A stretch of 64,000 nt of DNA from Vulcanimicrobiota bacterium (GTDB lineage: Bacteria > Vulcanimicrobiota > Xenobia > Xenobiales > JADMJV01): positions 55,513 through 119,512 of the forward strand of contig JBFWNU010000006.1 of assembly GCA_050250895.1 (NCBI GenBank). The letters run 5' to 3'. This document shows, piece by piece, positions 54,300 through 63,443 of this stretch. The stretch's first letter is position 1; the number at the start of each line of letters is the position of its first letter. Made by a program: the position numbers and the translations under genes. The notes beneath the pieces were generated by a model, which had not been told where the DNA came from, ran no database searches, and worked only from the letters and a program-made list of their open reading frames with translations.

Positions 54300-55814
54300 C
54301 TAACGGCTCCGAAGCAGGGCGGGAATGGCTGAGGGGGCCACCGGTGCCGAGAGGTAGTAACCCTGACCCAGCCGACAGCCGTTGTTCCAGAGAAACTGAA
54401 ACTGTTCTTGAGTTTCGATGCCCTCGGCCAGCGACTCCATGTTGAGGCTGGCGGCCAGTTGGATGGCCGCGACGCAGACCGAAAGATCGCGACGGTTGTT
54501 GGGAATACCCGAGACGAAGGTCGAATGCAATTTGAGCACTTTGGTTCGGCCTAGCTTCATGCTGGGCAGGTTCGAGACCCCGGTGCCAAAATCGTCGATG
54601 GCCGTCCGAACTCCCGAGCGACCCAGTTCCTCCAACACCACTCGGATCCGTTCGTCCATCATGAAGGTCTTTTCGCTCACATCCAGCACCAGGTCGCGGC
54701 CTACCAGCATATGGCGCTGGAGGGTGGCCAGGATATCGTTGCTGATATCCGCGGTGAGCAGCTGGCGGGGGCTCAGGTTGATATCGAGATACAGATCGAA
54801 CCCCATGCTGCGCCAGGTAGCCAGCTGACGGCATGCCTCCTGCAAGATCCAGCGACCCAGTGGAATGATCAGCCCTGTTTCTTCCGAGACCTGCAGAAAT
54901 TCGGCCGGGCCCAGGGTGCCCCGCAAGGGATGCTCCCACCGGATCAAAGCCTCGACGCCCACCACTTCGCGGCTGTCGAGCAGATAGATCGGCTGGTAGT
55001 GGAGGAAGAACTCGCCTGCCCGCAGAGCCGAAGCCAGCTGGTTTTCGAGGGTCAGCCGGCGGGTGAGGCGCTCTTGCAGCTCGCGACTGTAGATCTCGAT
55101 TCGGCCGCCGCCTAGCTCTTTGGCGCTATACAGGGCGGCGTCGGCGTGTTCGAGCAGTTCGTCGGCGCTGGAAGCGTCGCCCGGGGCCAGGCTGATGCCG
55201 ATGCTCACCGAGACATGCAGGGGCTGTCCTTTAATGCTGAAGGGCTCGCGCAGCTTTTCCATCAGGCGGGTAGCTACGTGCTCGGCTCGCGAGCTGACCT
55301 GGTCGAGTTCGGGCTTGGTGATCTCTTCGTCGGTGTCGCCTAGATGGCTCAACAGCAACAAGAACTCATCTTCGCCCCGCCGGGCCAGCACATCCGACAC
55401 CCGCATCTGAGCCCGCAGGCGTTCGGCCACCTGGATCAGTAAGCCATCACCGGCCGAGAATCCGAGGGTTTCGTTGAGCAGACGAAATCGATCGAGATCG
55501 ATGGCCAGCAGGGCAGTGGAACGGCCGTAGCGGACCACCTGCTTGATGTTGAAGTCGATCTGGCGCACCATCGTGTTGTGATTGGGGAGGCCGGTCAACT
55601 CGTCTTCGAAGGCCAGCCGGGCCAACTCTTCCTGGCGTTCGGGAGACGGCAGCAGGGCCAGTTTCTCGTCGGCCTGGCGCAGCTTTTCTTCGGCTTCGAG
55701 GAGAGTCATCCTGGCGGCACTCTCCTTGGCTTCGGCCGCCATCAGCTTCTCCTGGGCGCGTTGTTCGAGTTCGATGGCCTGGGCCAGCCGGGCCTCGATC
55801 GATTGTTCGCTCAT
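54300..55814 (-). CDS. Coiled-coil GGDEF-EAL protein
   Basis: DELTGLPN, DLDRF, RRGEDEF (degenerate), YQP, EALIRW, DDFGTG, AEGIET, GQGY. Confidence 0.9.
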   Translation of the reverse strand: MSEQSIEARLAQAIELEQRAQEKLMAAEAKESAARMTLLEAEEKLRQADEKLALLPSPERQEELARLAFEDELTGLPNHNTMVRQIDFNIKQVVRYGRSTALLAIDLDRFRLLNETLGFSAGDGLLIQVAERLRAQMRVSDVLARRGEDEFLLLLSHLGDTDEEITKPELDQVSSRAEHVATRLMEKLREPFSIKGQPLHVSVSIGISLAPGDASSADELLEHADAALYSAKELGGGRIEIYSRELQERLTRRLTLENQLASALRAGEFFLHYQPIYLLDSREVVGVEALIRWEHPLRGTLGPAEFLQVSEETGLIIPLGRWILQEACRQLATWRSMGFDLYLDINLSPRQLLTADISNDILATLQRHMLVGRDLVLDVSEKTFMMDERIRVVLEELGRSGVRTAIDDFGTGVSNLPSMKLGRTKVLKLHSTFVSGIPNNRRDLSVCVAAIQLAASLNMESLAEGIETQEQFQFLWNNGCRLGQGYYLSAPVAPSAIPALLRSR

Positions 55815-55840
55815 CGCGGCGGAGTTCTGCCCTACAGGAT

Positions 55841-56449
55841 TCAGTCCCTCTGTCGGAAGACAGAGGGAGGGGCCACCGGGGAGAGTTCAGGGTAAAGCTC
55901 CACCAGTTTTTCTTCGAAGCCCTTGAGTAGCTCACGGTCTTGCTGCTGCTGGGAGAGCGTAAGCGATTCGAGTTGGCCGCCTTCGAGCCGGGTCTCGAGC
56001 TTCTGGGCCATCTCGGTGTAGTGAGAAGATTCTTGCTTGTGCCCCGATTCGCGGGCTCGGGAAGCGAGTTCTCGCAAGACCATGACCAGATCCTCATAAA
56101 CCTCCCTTTCCCGCTGGGCGGTCAGCAATTCGGCCAGGCGCACGGCCTGCTCGTGAATTGCCTTAGGGGCTCGCCGCCCGGCCAGGTCAGAGAGGCTGCG
56201 CTCGAAGCGCAACAGCAGGAGGCGGGTGCGATTGATGGTGATCTTAGCGGCCGACCCGGCCGGCCACAGGCTCAGCCGATTGGCGCGGGTGCGCAGCCAG
56301 CCGGCCCAGTCGAGCAAGAGCAGGCGCAGCTGAGGGTCGTCTTCGAGGTCGGCCTGGTCAAGCGCCTGGACGGCCAGATCCTGGAACTCTTCGAGTTGGC
56401 GTCGAGCCAGTTGCTGGTTGTGGGGATTGGCCTCATAGGCCCACGACAC
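55841..56449 (-). CDS. Hypothetical helical protein
   Basis: 202-aa ORF co-oriented with its neighbours and overlapping the upstream gene by 17 nt. Confidence 0.6.
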   Translation of the reverse strand: MSWAYEANPHNQQLARRQLEEFQDLAVQALDQADLEDDPQLRLLLLDWAGWLRTRANRLSLWPAGSAAKITINRTRLLLLRFERSLSDLAGRRAPKAIHEQAVRLAELLTAQREREVYEDLVMVLRELASRARESGHKQESSHYTEMAQKLETRLEGGQLESLTLSQQQQDRELLKGFEEKLVELYPELSPVAPPSVFRQRD

Positions 56450-56993
56450 GACGCTTGGCCTTCCAGGTAGGCTGGCTGTCGTAGTCGATGTAGCGGGTAG
56501 CCTCGATCACGATCCGGCCTTGTTCTAGTCGGCCGAGGTGCAAACGGATATGGTGGTAGCAGCGCGGAGCCAGGTCGACGGCCAGGTTGTGGTTGGGGAC
56601 CTCGGGCCAGGCGGACCGATCGTCAGAGGTGTCGAAGACGGCCAGGTTGCCCCACTGGCCCGGCCCGCGTTCGAGGCTGCAATAGGCGGCCAGACCCCGG
56701 GCCTGGGGAAACTGGGCCACCAGCGCGTCGTCGACCTGCATCAGGTGCTGCATCGGGTAGTCGTCGCGAATCTTGCCGAAGAAGCCCACGATGGCCCCTT
56801 CGGCGGGCAGGTCGGCCCGCAGGCGAAAGAGACGGTAGGCGCGGCCCCGCCTTTCTCCTTCCAGGCGAGGCAAGACCTGAGGGAACTCTCTGACCAGCTC
56901 TAACATGCGCTCGAGATGTTCAAGGTCAGGCAGACTTTCGTCTGGATGGGTGAAAGGTCGGTCGGGGCAGGCCTCGGTGAGAGAGAACTCCAT
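56433..56993 (-). CDS. Hypothetical protein
   Basis: ATG at 56993; VGFFG, YCSLE, WGNLAVF, HHIRLH look like conserved motifs; the longer ORF-track start overlaps larE. Confidence 0.65.
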   Translation of the reverse strand: MEFSLTEACPDRPFTHPDESLPDLEHLERMLELVREFPQVLPRLEGERRGRAYRLFRLRADLPAEGAIVGFFGKIRDDYPMQHLMQVDDALVAQFPQARGLAAYCSLERGPGQWGNLAVFDTSDDRSAWPEVPNHNLAVDLAPRCYHHIRLHLGRLEQGRIVIEATRYIDYDSQPTWKAKRRVVGL

Positions 56994-57055
56994 ACCCCAT
57001 GATTCGGGATGTTGCCTTGATTCCCTCGACGAAGGGGACCTACCAGCGAGCGAGA

Positions 57056-57919
57056 ATGGTCGCCTCGATGGCCGAGAATCTAGCGGAGATAGGGCCGCCG
57101 ACCGGCGAGGATCAGCAGCGCCTGGGTCAACTCGACCAGCTGCTGCTTGACTGCCGATCCATGCTGGTAGCCTATTCTGGGGGGGTCGATTCGACCTTTC
57201 TCGCATGGCGAGCGGCGCGGGTGCTGGGGCGGCGCAGTCTGGCCGTCACGGCGGTCTCGGATTCGCTGGCCTCGGCCGATCGCGAGCGGGCCCGCCGGCT
57301 GGCTCTCGAGTTCGAGATTTCTCACCTCGAGCTCCCGACCCACGAACTTGAGCGTCCTGACTATCGCAAGAATGACGCCGACCGGTGTTTTCATTGTAAG
57401 ACCGAGTTGTTCGAGGCTCTGGCCCGGGTGGCGCGCCAGCGAGATTATGCCGTGCTGGCCTACGGCGCCATCCCCGAAGATCAGCAAGACCATCGACCCG
57501 GTGCTCGGGCCGCGGCCGAAGCCGGTGCCCGCGCGCCCCTGGCCGAGGCGGGGCTGACCAAGCCGGCCATCCGCCGTCTGTCCCGGGAGGCGGGGTTGCC
57601 GACTTACGATTTGCCGGCGGGGGCCTGTCTGGCCTCGCGCATCGCTTATCACACCGAGGTCACCAGCCAGAAGCTAGCCATGGTGGCCGCAGCCGAAGCT
57701 TATCTGCGGGAATTGGGCTTCGAGCAGTGCCGGGTGCGTCATCACGAAGGCCTGGCTCGGGTCGAGGTGCCGCGACCTCGGTTGGTGGAACTGCTCGAGC
57801 ACGCCGAACCCATCACCACTCGCCTCCGCCAGCTTGGTTTTGTTTATGTCACTCTCGACCTGATGGGACTGCGCTCGGGTAGCATGAACGAGATTTGGCG
57901 CCTGCCGGTGGTGGGCTAG
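57056..57919 (+). CDS. larE: ATP-dependent sacrificial sulfur transferase LarE
   Basis: AYSGGVDS PP-loop, RCFHCK, DHRPG, ACLASRI, RVRHH, GLRSGSMN; start uncertain (56999/57056/57068). Confidence 0.92.
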   Translation: MVASMAENLAEIGPPTGEDQQRLGQLDQLLLDCRSMLVAYSGGVDSTFLAWRAARVLGRRSLAVTAVSDSLASADRERARRLALEFEISHLELPTHELERPDYRKNDADRCFHCKTELFEALARVARQRDYAVLAYGAIPEDQQDHRPGARAAAEAGARAPLAEAGLTKPAIRRLSREAGLPTYDLPAGACLASRIAYHTEVTSQKLAMVAAAEAYLRELGFEQCRVRHHEGLARVEVPRPRLVELLEHAEPITTRLRQLGFVYVTLDLMGLRSGSMNEIWRLPVVG

Positions 57920-58672
57920 GTGAGTCCAGAGAAGCTTTTGAGCTTGCTGGCCCGGGTCCGCGACGGCCAGCTTGACCCGGAGCAGGCCTGCCAGCAATTG
58001 GCTCAGCTACCGTTTGAAGATGTCGGGTTCGCTCAACTCGACCGGCACCGCGAGTTGCGCCAGGGCTTTCCCGAGGTGGTGTTCGGCCAGAGCAAGACCC
58101 CCGACCAGTTGCTAGAGTTGCTGCGTCGCCTCGAGCGGGGCCACGGACGGGGCATGGCGACCCGGGTGGCCACGGAGGTCGGGCCGGCTCTGGTAGAACA
58201 GCTGGGGGCTCAGGCCCGATTCTATCCTCGGGCCCGCTTGCTGACGGTGGGCCCGGAGCCGGCGGAGAAGAAGGGCCTGGTGGTGGTGGCCTGCGCCGGT
58301 ACCTCAGACCTGCCCATTGCCGAGGAGGCCTCCTTGACGCTGAGCTTCATGGGTAGTCGCTGCGAGCTGGTGACCGACGTTGGCGTGGCCGGACTGCATC
58401 GCGTCCTCCACCGCCTCGAGGTTCTGCGCCAGGCTCGAGCGGTGGTGGTGGTGGCCGGCATGGATGGGGCTCTGGCTTCCGTCATCGGCGGCCTGGTGGC
58501 CTGTCCGGTGATTGGGGTGCCCACTTCGATCGGCTATGGAGCCAATTTTGCGGGAGTCGCGCCGCTTCTGACCATGCTCAATAGCTGCGCCCCCGGCGTG
58601 ACCGTGGTCAACATCGACAACGGGTTCGGAGGAGCCTACGCGGCTCACCGAATCAATCTGGCTGGCCAATGA
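57920..58672 (+). CDS. larB: Nickel-pincer cofactor biosynthesis protein LarB
   Basis: GFPEVVFG, AGTSD, DVGVAG, AGMDGAL, PTSIGYG, MLNSC, VVNIDNGFG. Confidence 0.95.
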   Translation: MSPEKLLSLLARVRDGQLDPEQACQQLAQLPFEDVGFAQLDRHRELRQGFPEVVFGQSKTPDQLLELLRRLERGHGRGMATRVATEVGPALVEQLGAQARFYPRARLLTVGPEPAEKKGLVVVACAGTSDLPIAEEASLTLSFMGSRCELVTDVGVAGLHRVLHRLEVLRQARAVVVVAGMDGALASVIGGLVACPVIGVPTSIGYGANFAGVAPLLTMLNSCAPGVTVVNIDNGFGGAYAAHRINLAGQ

Positions 58673-59835
58673 TTCTCTACGTCGAGCCGTTCTCCGGCGC
58701 CAGCGGCGACATGCTACTGGGAGGTCTGTTGGGGCTGGGGGTTCCCCTCGAGCATTTACGGCGGGGCCTGAGCGGTCTCGGGTTGTCGGACTGGAGTCTC
58801 GATTACGAACAGGTCGAGCGGTGTTATCTGTCCTGCCATCGAGCCGTGGTGAAGGTTCCTGAAGAACATCATCATCGTCATCTTAGCGATATTCTGGAGT
58901 TGCTCGAGGCGGCCCAGCTCGTCCCCCGGGTCAGCCAGCGGGTAACTTCAATTTTCACCCGGTTGGCCCGGGCCGAGGCCGAGGTGCACGGCATCGACCT
59001 CGAGCAGGTGCACTTTCACGAGGTGGGTGCGGCCGATGCCATCCTCGATGTGGTCGGTTTTGCTCTCGGTCTGGAATGGCTAGGGGTAGACACTCTTTAC
59101 TGCGCCAGCTTTCCGCTGGGGGAAGGTCAGGTGAACTGTCAGCACGGGCTCATGCCCAATCCGGCCCCGGCCACCATGCGGCTGCTCGAGGGTTGGCCAC
59201 TGCGTTCGGTGGACTGCCGGGTCGAACTGGTCACCCCGACCGGGGCCGCCATCTTGACCGCCCTCGCTCAGCCGGGTCGGCCGGCGGGGGTGTTCAGGCT
59301 AGGGGCTTCGGCTCTGGGGGCCGGCTCACGCGAATTGGAGTTCCCCAACGTGGTGCGCCTCTCGCTGGGCAGCCAGGGGACGGCTGGCTGGGAGGACCTG
59401 GTGAGCCTCGAGAGCCATCTCGACGACTGTTCACCAGAGTGGCTGGGCCATCTGGTCGAGCTGCTCTTCGCGGCGGGAGCCCTCGAGGTCAGCTTCGAGG
59501 CCGTCACCATGAAGAAGTCTCGCCCCGGCCATTTGCTCTGGGTCTTGTGCCGCCCTGAGCTGTCCGAACCTTTGGCCAACATGATCCTGACCGAGACTAC
59601 CACCCTGGGTGTGCGCCGCCAGCCACTGGAGCGCTTGAGCCTTCCTCGGCACGAGAAGCAGGTGGCCACGCCTTACGGTTCTCTGACCCTCAAGTTGGCC
59701 ATCGACCCGGAAGGCCGGGTGCGGGCGACCCCGGAGTTCGAACAGGCGAAGTCGCTGGCCCGGCAGCATGAAGTCCCCTTGCGTCTGGTATTCGAGGCTG
59801 GTCTGAAGGCCTTCTGGGAGGAAGAATCGGTCTAG
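58669..59835 (+). CDS. larC: Nickel insertase LarC
   Basis: SGASGDM, HHHRH, VHFHEVGAAD, HGLMPNPAPAT, ELVTPTGAA, MKKSRPG, ETTTLGVR, PEFE. Confidence 0.95.
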   Translation: MILYVEPFSGASGDMLLGGLLGLGVPLEHLRRGLSGLGLSDWSLDYEQVERCYLSCHRAVVKVPEEHHHRHLSDILELLEAAQLVPRVSQRVTSIFTRLARAEAEVHGIDLEQVHFHEVGAADAILDVVGFALGLEWLGVDTLYCASFPLGEGQVNCQHGLMPNPAPATMRLLEGWPLRSVDCRVELVTPTGAAILTALAQPGRPAGVFRLGASALGAGSRELEFPNVVRLSLGSQGTAGWEDLVSLESHLDDCSPEWLGHLVELLFAAGALEVSFEAVTMKKSRPGHLLWVLCRPELSEPLANMILTETTTLGVRRQPLERLSLPRHEKQVATPYGSLTLKLAIDPEGRVRATPEFEQAKSLARQHEVPLRLVFEAGLKAFWEEESV

Positions 59836-59843
59836 GAGAAAAA

Positions 59844-59926
59844 TGTTAACAATTAGGCAACATCAAGTTTTCATGCCGTTAACGGTTCTTTGAGGGTGCC
59901 TAACCTATAATGAATCCTGATATAAT
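59844..59926 (+). promoter_or_regulatory. 11-bp-phased boxes and two TATAAT hexamers upstream of the low-complexity gene
   Basis: tgttaac 59844, aggcaac 59855, agttttc 59866, cgttaac 59877; tataat at 59906 and 59921. Confidence 0.5.
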
Positions 59927-59959
59927 ATCGGGGCGGAAACTTAGACCTCCGGAGGTAAG

Positions 59960-60991
59960 ATGTTCAATTCCATCAATATGCTACCCGCACTGGGCTCCCT
60001 GGCAGGATCCTTTGGTGGAGGCGGCGGCGGTTACGGGATTGGCTTCTCGATTCTCTCCAGCCTGGTGGGCCAACTGCTTCAGGGCTCGCAGAATTACGGC
60101 TCGAGCTACGGCGCCGACTATGCCGCCGGGGCCAATTTTCAGCCTCCCAACCTGAGCACCCTGGGCTCTTACAACAATTATTTCGGCTCGGCCAATCAGG
60201 GCCAGGCTCAAGCCTTCAACCCTATCAGTGCCGCCAGTTACTCGAGCTACGGAAACGCTTACGCCGGCCAGGCCGGTTATCAGTACGGCACCCACGCGGC
60301 CAGTTACGCCCCGGCTCCCGCTCAGGCCCAGTCTCAGTACTTCGGCAGTTACTACCCGCAGCGTGCCGACGCTCGCCAGACGGTGACCAACCTGAATATC
60401 TCGGGCAACCTCTCGGGTTACGTTCAAAATTACGGCAACTACTTCGGTTCGTATCAGCCGCAGCAGGGCTACGGCGCCCAGAGCTACGGACAGGGTTATG
60501 GCGCCCAGGGTTACGGTGCGCAGGGCTACGGACAGGGTTATGGCGCCCAGGGTTACGGCGCGCCCTCCTACTATGGAAATTTTGTTCAGGCACCGACCTA
60601 CGTGCAGACCAACGCGCCCCAGAACAACTACTACATCTTCAACACCCAGGGCAATTTTTACGGTCACGCCCACACCCTGAACGGTCACCTGTCCGGTCAG
60701 GTCGGCGGACCCAACCGCTACGGAGGCCGTCATCACCACCACCATCATTACGAGCCACCTGCACCCCCTACGGTGCCCACCCCGACCATGTCGACCCCTT
60801 TGCCCCCGCGGGCCGAGCCGACTCCGCCACCGGTGACGCAGCAGACCCCACCGCCCGCTCCGGCGCCGTTCCCGGCCCCGCCGCCAACCAATCCCGTCTC
60901 GACCTTCCCGCCGGCTTTCCAGGGGCTGGGTATTGGCAACACCCCGGTCGACATCTTTACGCTCCAGGCTCAGTCAAGGTTTTTCGGCTAA
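59960..60991 (+). CDS. Low-complexity G/Y/Q/N/S-rich protein with His run and Pro-rich tail
   Basis: GGAGG RBS, downstream terminator; QGYG(A) repeats; NxYFGSY repeats; HHHHHH. Confidence 0.8.
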   Translation: MFNSINMLPALGSLAGSFGGGGGGYGIGFSILSSLVGQLLQGSQNYGSSYGADYAAGANFQPPNLSTLGSYNNYFGSANQGQAQAFNPISAASYSSYGNAYAGQAGYQYGTHAASYAPAPAQAQSQYFGSYYPQRADARQTVTNLNISGNLSGYVQNYGNYFGSYQPQQGYGAQSYGQGYGAQGYGAQGYGQGYGAQGYGAPSYYGNFVQAPTYVQTNAPQNNYYIFNTQGNFYGHAHTLNGHLSGQVGGPNRYGGRHHHHHHYEPPAPPTVPTPTMSTPLPPRAEPTPPPVTQQTPPPAPAPFPAPPPTNPVSTFPPAFQGLGIGNTPVDIFTLQAQSRFFG

Positions 60992-61007
60992 GGCTAGCCA
61001 ATATAAG

Positions 61008-61034
61008 CAAAAAGGCCCTGGACGGGCCTTTTTG
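61008..61034. terminator. Rho-independent terminator (symmetric A/T tails)
   Basis: caaaaaggccc-tggac-gggcctttttg just after the stop at 60991. Confidence 0.85.
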
Positions 61035-61078
61035 ATTTGGTTTACAACTGTTAGGGGTTGGGCAGTTTGGAGGTAGGT

Positions 61079-61642
61079 ATGGCTAAAGGTCGTGTCCAGA
61101 TGATCGAAGCGGCCGCGCGACTGATCCATAAGCAGGGTTATCACGCGACCGGACTAGCCGAGGTGGTCGACAAGAGCGGCGCGCCTCGCGGCTCCATTTA
61201 TCACTACTTTCCTCGCGGCAAGAATCAACTGGTCGAGGAGGCAATCGAGTCGGCCTGCTCCCGACTGGTGGGCTATCTCGAACCTTTGATGGCCGCAGCC
61301 GGCAATCCGGTAGCAGCGCTTGACCGCTTAGCCCAAGAAGCCACGGTCCAGCTCGAAAAGTCGCAGTTCAAGTATGGGTGTCCTTTTGTGCTGACCGCGC
61401 TCGAAGCCGGCTCGACCCAAGACGACATTCGCCAGCGCTGTGCCGCCGCCTATGGCCAGGTGCAAGGCTTGATTCGGCGCCACGCGTGTCCTGCGCAGAT
61501 GGATGAAGCCAGGGCCGAAGAACTGTCCCTTTTTCTGTTCTCGAGCTTTCAAGGTGCCTTCATCACCAGCCAGACCCTGCACGATGTCAGGCCTCTGCAG
61601 ATGTTCCGGCGGCAATTGCCTGCGCTGCTGGCTCAGGAATGA
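61079..61642 (+). CDS. TetR/AcrR family regulator (LmrA/YxaF-like)
   Basis: GGAGG RBS; QGYHATGL..V...SGAPRGSIYHYFP.GK; GCP. Confidence 0.9.
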   Translation: MAKGRVQMIEAAARLIHKQGYHATGLAEVVDKSGAPRGSIYHYFPRGKNQLVEEAIESACSRLVGYLEPLMAAAGNPVAALDRLAQEATVQLEKSQFKYGCPFVLTALEAGSTQDDIRQRCAAAYGQVQGLIRRHACPAQMDEARAEELSLFLFSSFQGAFITSQTLHDVRPLQMFRRQLPALLAQE

Positions 61643-62223
61643 AGATCCACCAGGCGGCCTACGTCCAGAGCGCGCCTTCTCTAGCTGAGGCGCCGGACCT
61701 GGGCGGAGTGCCGGAGTTTGCTCTCGTGGGCCGTTCCAATGTCGGTAAATCTTCGTTCATCAATCGGGTCCTTAGCCGGCGCAATTTGGCCCGAACCAGC
61801 AACACCCCGGGCAAGACCCGAATGCTGAACTTCTATCTCGTCGATGAGCGCTGGGCCTTTGTCGACTTGCCTGGCTACGGTTACGCCAAAGTCTCGAAAG
61901 AAGAGAAGAGGTCCTGGCAAAAGAACCTCGAGGAATTCTTGTTGATGCGCGAGCCCTTGACCCACGTTTTTCAGATGGTCGACTCGCGGCACGGTCCTCA
62001 GGCCAACGACCTCGAGATGATGGCCTGGCTTCGCCACCACGACCTGGGCTTTACAGTCGTCATGACCAAGGCCGACAAGGTGAAGAAGAGCCACCTCAAG
62101 ACCAAAGTCGACCAGTCGGCCCGACTGCTAGGGGTCGACCCGGGGCGCTTGCTGCTGTTTTCGGCCGAGACCGGACTGGGACGGGATCAGGCTGTGGACC
62201 TTATCGCCTCTTGTCTGGGCTAG
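61639..62223 (+). CDS. yihA: Ribosome biogenesis GTP-binding protein YihA/YsxC (EngB)
   Basis: GRSNVGKSS, TSNTPGKT, DLPGYGYA, DSRH, TKAD, FSA. Confidence 0.95.
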   Translation: MKIHQAAYVQSAPSLAEAPDLGGVPEFALVGRSNVGKSSFINRVLSRRNLARTSNTPGKTRMLNFYLVDERWAFVDLPGYGYAKVSKEEKRSWQKNLEEFLLMREPLTHVFQMVDSRHGPQANDLEMMAWLRHHDLGFTVVMTKADKVKKSHLKTKVDQSARLLGVDPGRLLLFSAETGLGRDQAVDLIASCLG

Positions 62224-63335
62224 TCGAGCGGACGGCCGCCGAAATCGTGGGCTGAGCAAACTCGATTCTTGCCCTCGGCTTTGGCCCGATACATGGCCTC
62301 ATCGGCCAGGCGAATGAACCGGTGGCGCTTGGCGCGTAGGTCCTGGCCGGCAAGCTGGCAGTGCTTGAGGCTAGCCGTGCCCACACTGGCGGTGACCGCC
62401 CGCTCGAGCTTGAGGCCGGGATTGCCCTCGGCGTCGGGCTGGCAAAGCAAAACCGCGTTTTCTACCGCCCAACGGATCAGCTCGGCCTGCTGGGCGATGG
62501 TCTCGAGATCGGCTCCGGGCAGCAGGACCACATACTCATCGCCGCCGTATCTGGCCATCTTGGCTCCGGGGTGATCGACGGTGCGGGCCAGCAGCAATCC
62601 CACCTCGCGCAGAGCCTGGCTACCCACGAGGTGACCGTGGCGGTCGACCACCGACTTGAAGTGGTCGAGATCGAAAAAGATCAAGCCAAGGTTCTCTTGA
62701 GTCTGCTCGACCCGAGCCATCTCTCGCGAGACCACCTCGAAGAAATAGCGGTCGTTGTACAGCCCGGTGAGATGGTCCATCTTGGCCATCTCGGCATGGT
62801 GGCGCGCTTGCAACACTTCGTTGAGCGAGGCCGACACGTAGCCCGAAAAGACTTCCAACAGGGCCAAATCCTTTTCCAGGAACGGCCCTTCCGTGCGGTT
62901 GACCAGTGAGAGCACCCCGATGGGCGAGGCCCCGATGAGAATGGGAACGCATAGCAGCGAACGGGTCTCATGTTCGATCTCGGTATCGATATTGTCGTAG
63001 AAGTTCTGGTTCGAGCGAGGATCGTTGGCCACTGCTGGCTCACCACTGCGGTATACCGAGCCACTGATGCCGCGGCCCGGGGGCACCACTCGTCCCACCA
63101 GATTCTCGGCCCCCTCGCCGAAGCTGGCCACGAACACCAGCTGGTCGACGGTTTGACCATCGCGCAGCAGAATCGAACCCGAGCGCGAGGGAACGAACTG
63201 GTTGGCCACCCGCAGGATTTCTTTGAAAATCTCGTCCAGACGCCGGTCCACGCTCAAGCTGAGAGCAGCTGCATCCTCGAGCAGCGAGGCGATAGAGTTG
63301 GATTCAAGACTGTGAATGCGTTCTGTCTCGCCCAT
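62220..63335 (-). CDS. GAF-domain diguanylate cyclase
   Basis: GAF (GISGSVY...TRSLLCVPI..GVLSLVN); DHLTGLYN, DLDHFK, RYGGDEY, ADEAMYRAK; ATG at 63335. Confidence 0.9.
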   Translation of the reverse strand: MGETERIHSLESNSIASLLEDAAALSLSVDRRLDEIFKEILRVANQFVPSRSGSILLRDGQTVDQLVFVASFGEGAENLVGRVVPPGRGISGSVYRSGEPAVANDPRSNQNFYDNIDTEIEHETRSLLCVPILIGASPIGVLSLVNRTEGPFLEKDLALLEVFSGYVSASLNEVLQARHHAEMAKMDHLTGLYNDRYFFEVVSREMARVEQTQENLGLIFFDLDHFKSVVDRHGHLVGSQALREVGLLLARTVDHPGAKMARYGGDEYVVLLPGADLETIAQQAELIRWAVENAVLLCQPDAEGNPGLKLERAVTASVGTASLKHCQLAGQDLRAKRHRFIRLADEAMYRAKAEGKNRVCSAHDFGGRPLD

Positions 63336-63443
63336 CGTTATTTTTGCGAAGTTCGGGTGTGCTTTTCCTGTTGGGTGGGAAGGAGATCCCTTGGGTCTGT
63401 CACAATCAGGCCAGTTCTCCCCACACAAACAAAGGAGTAAGCA

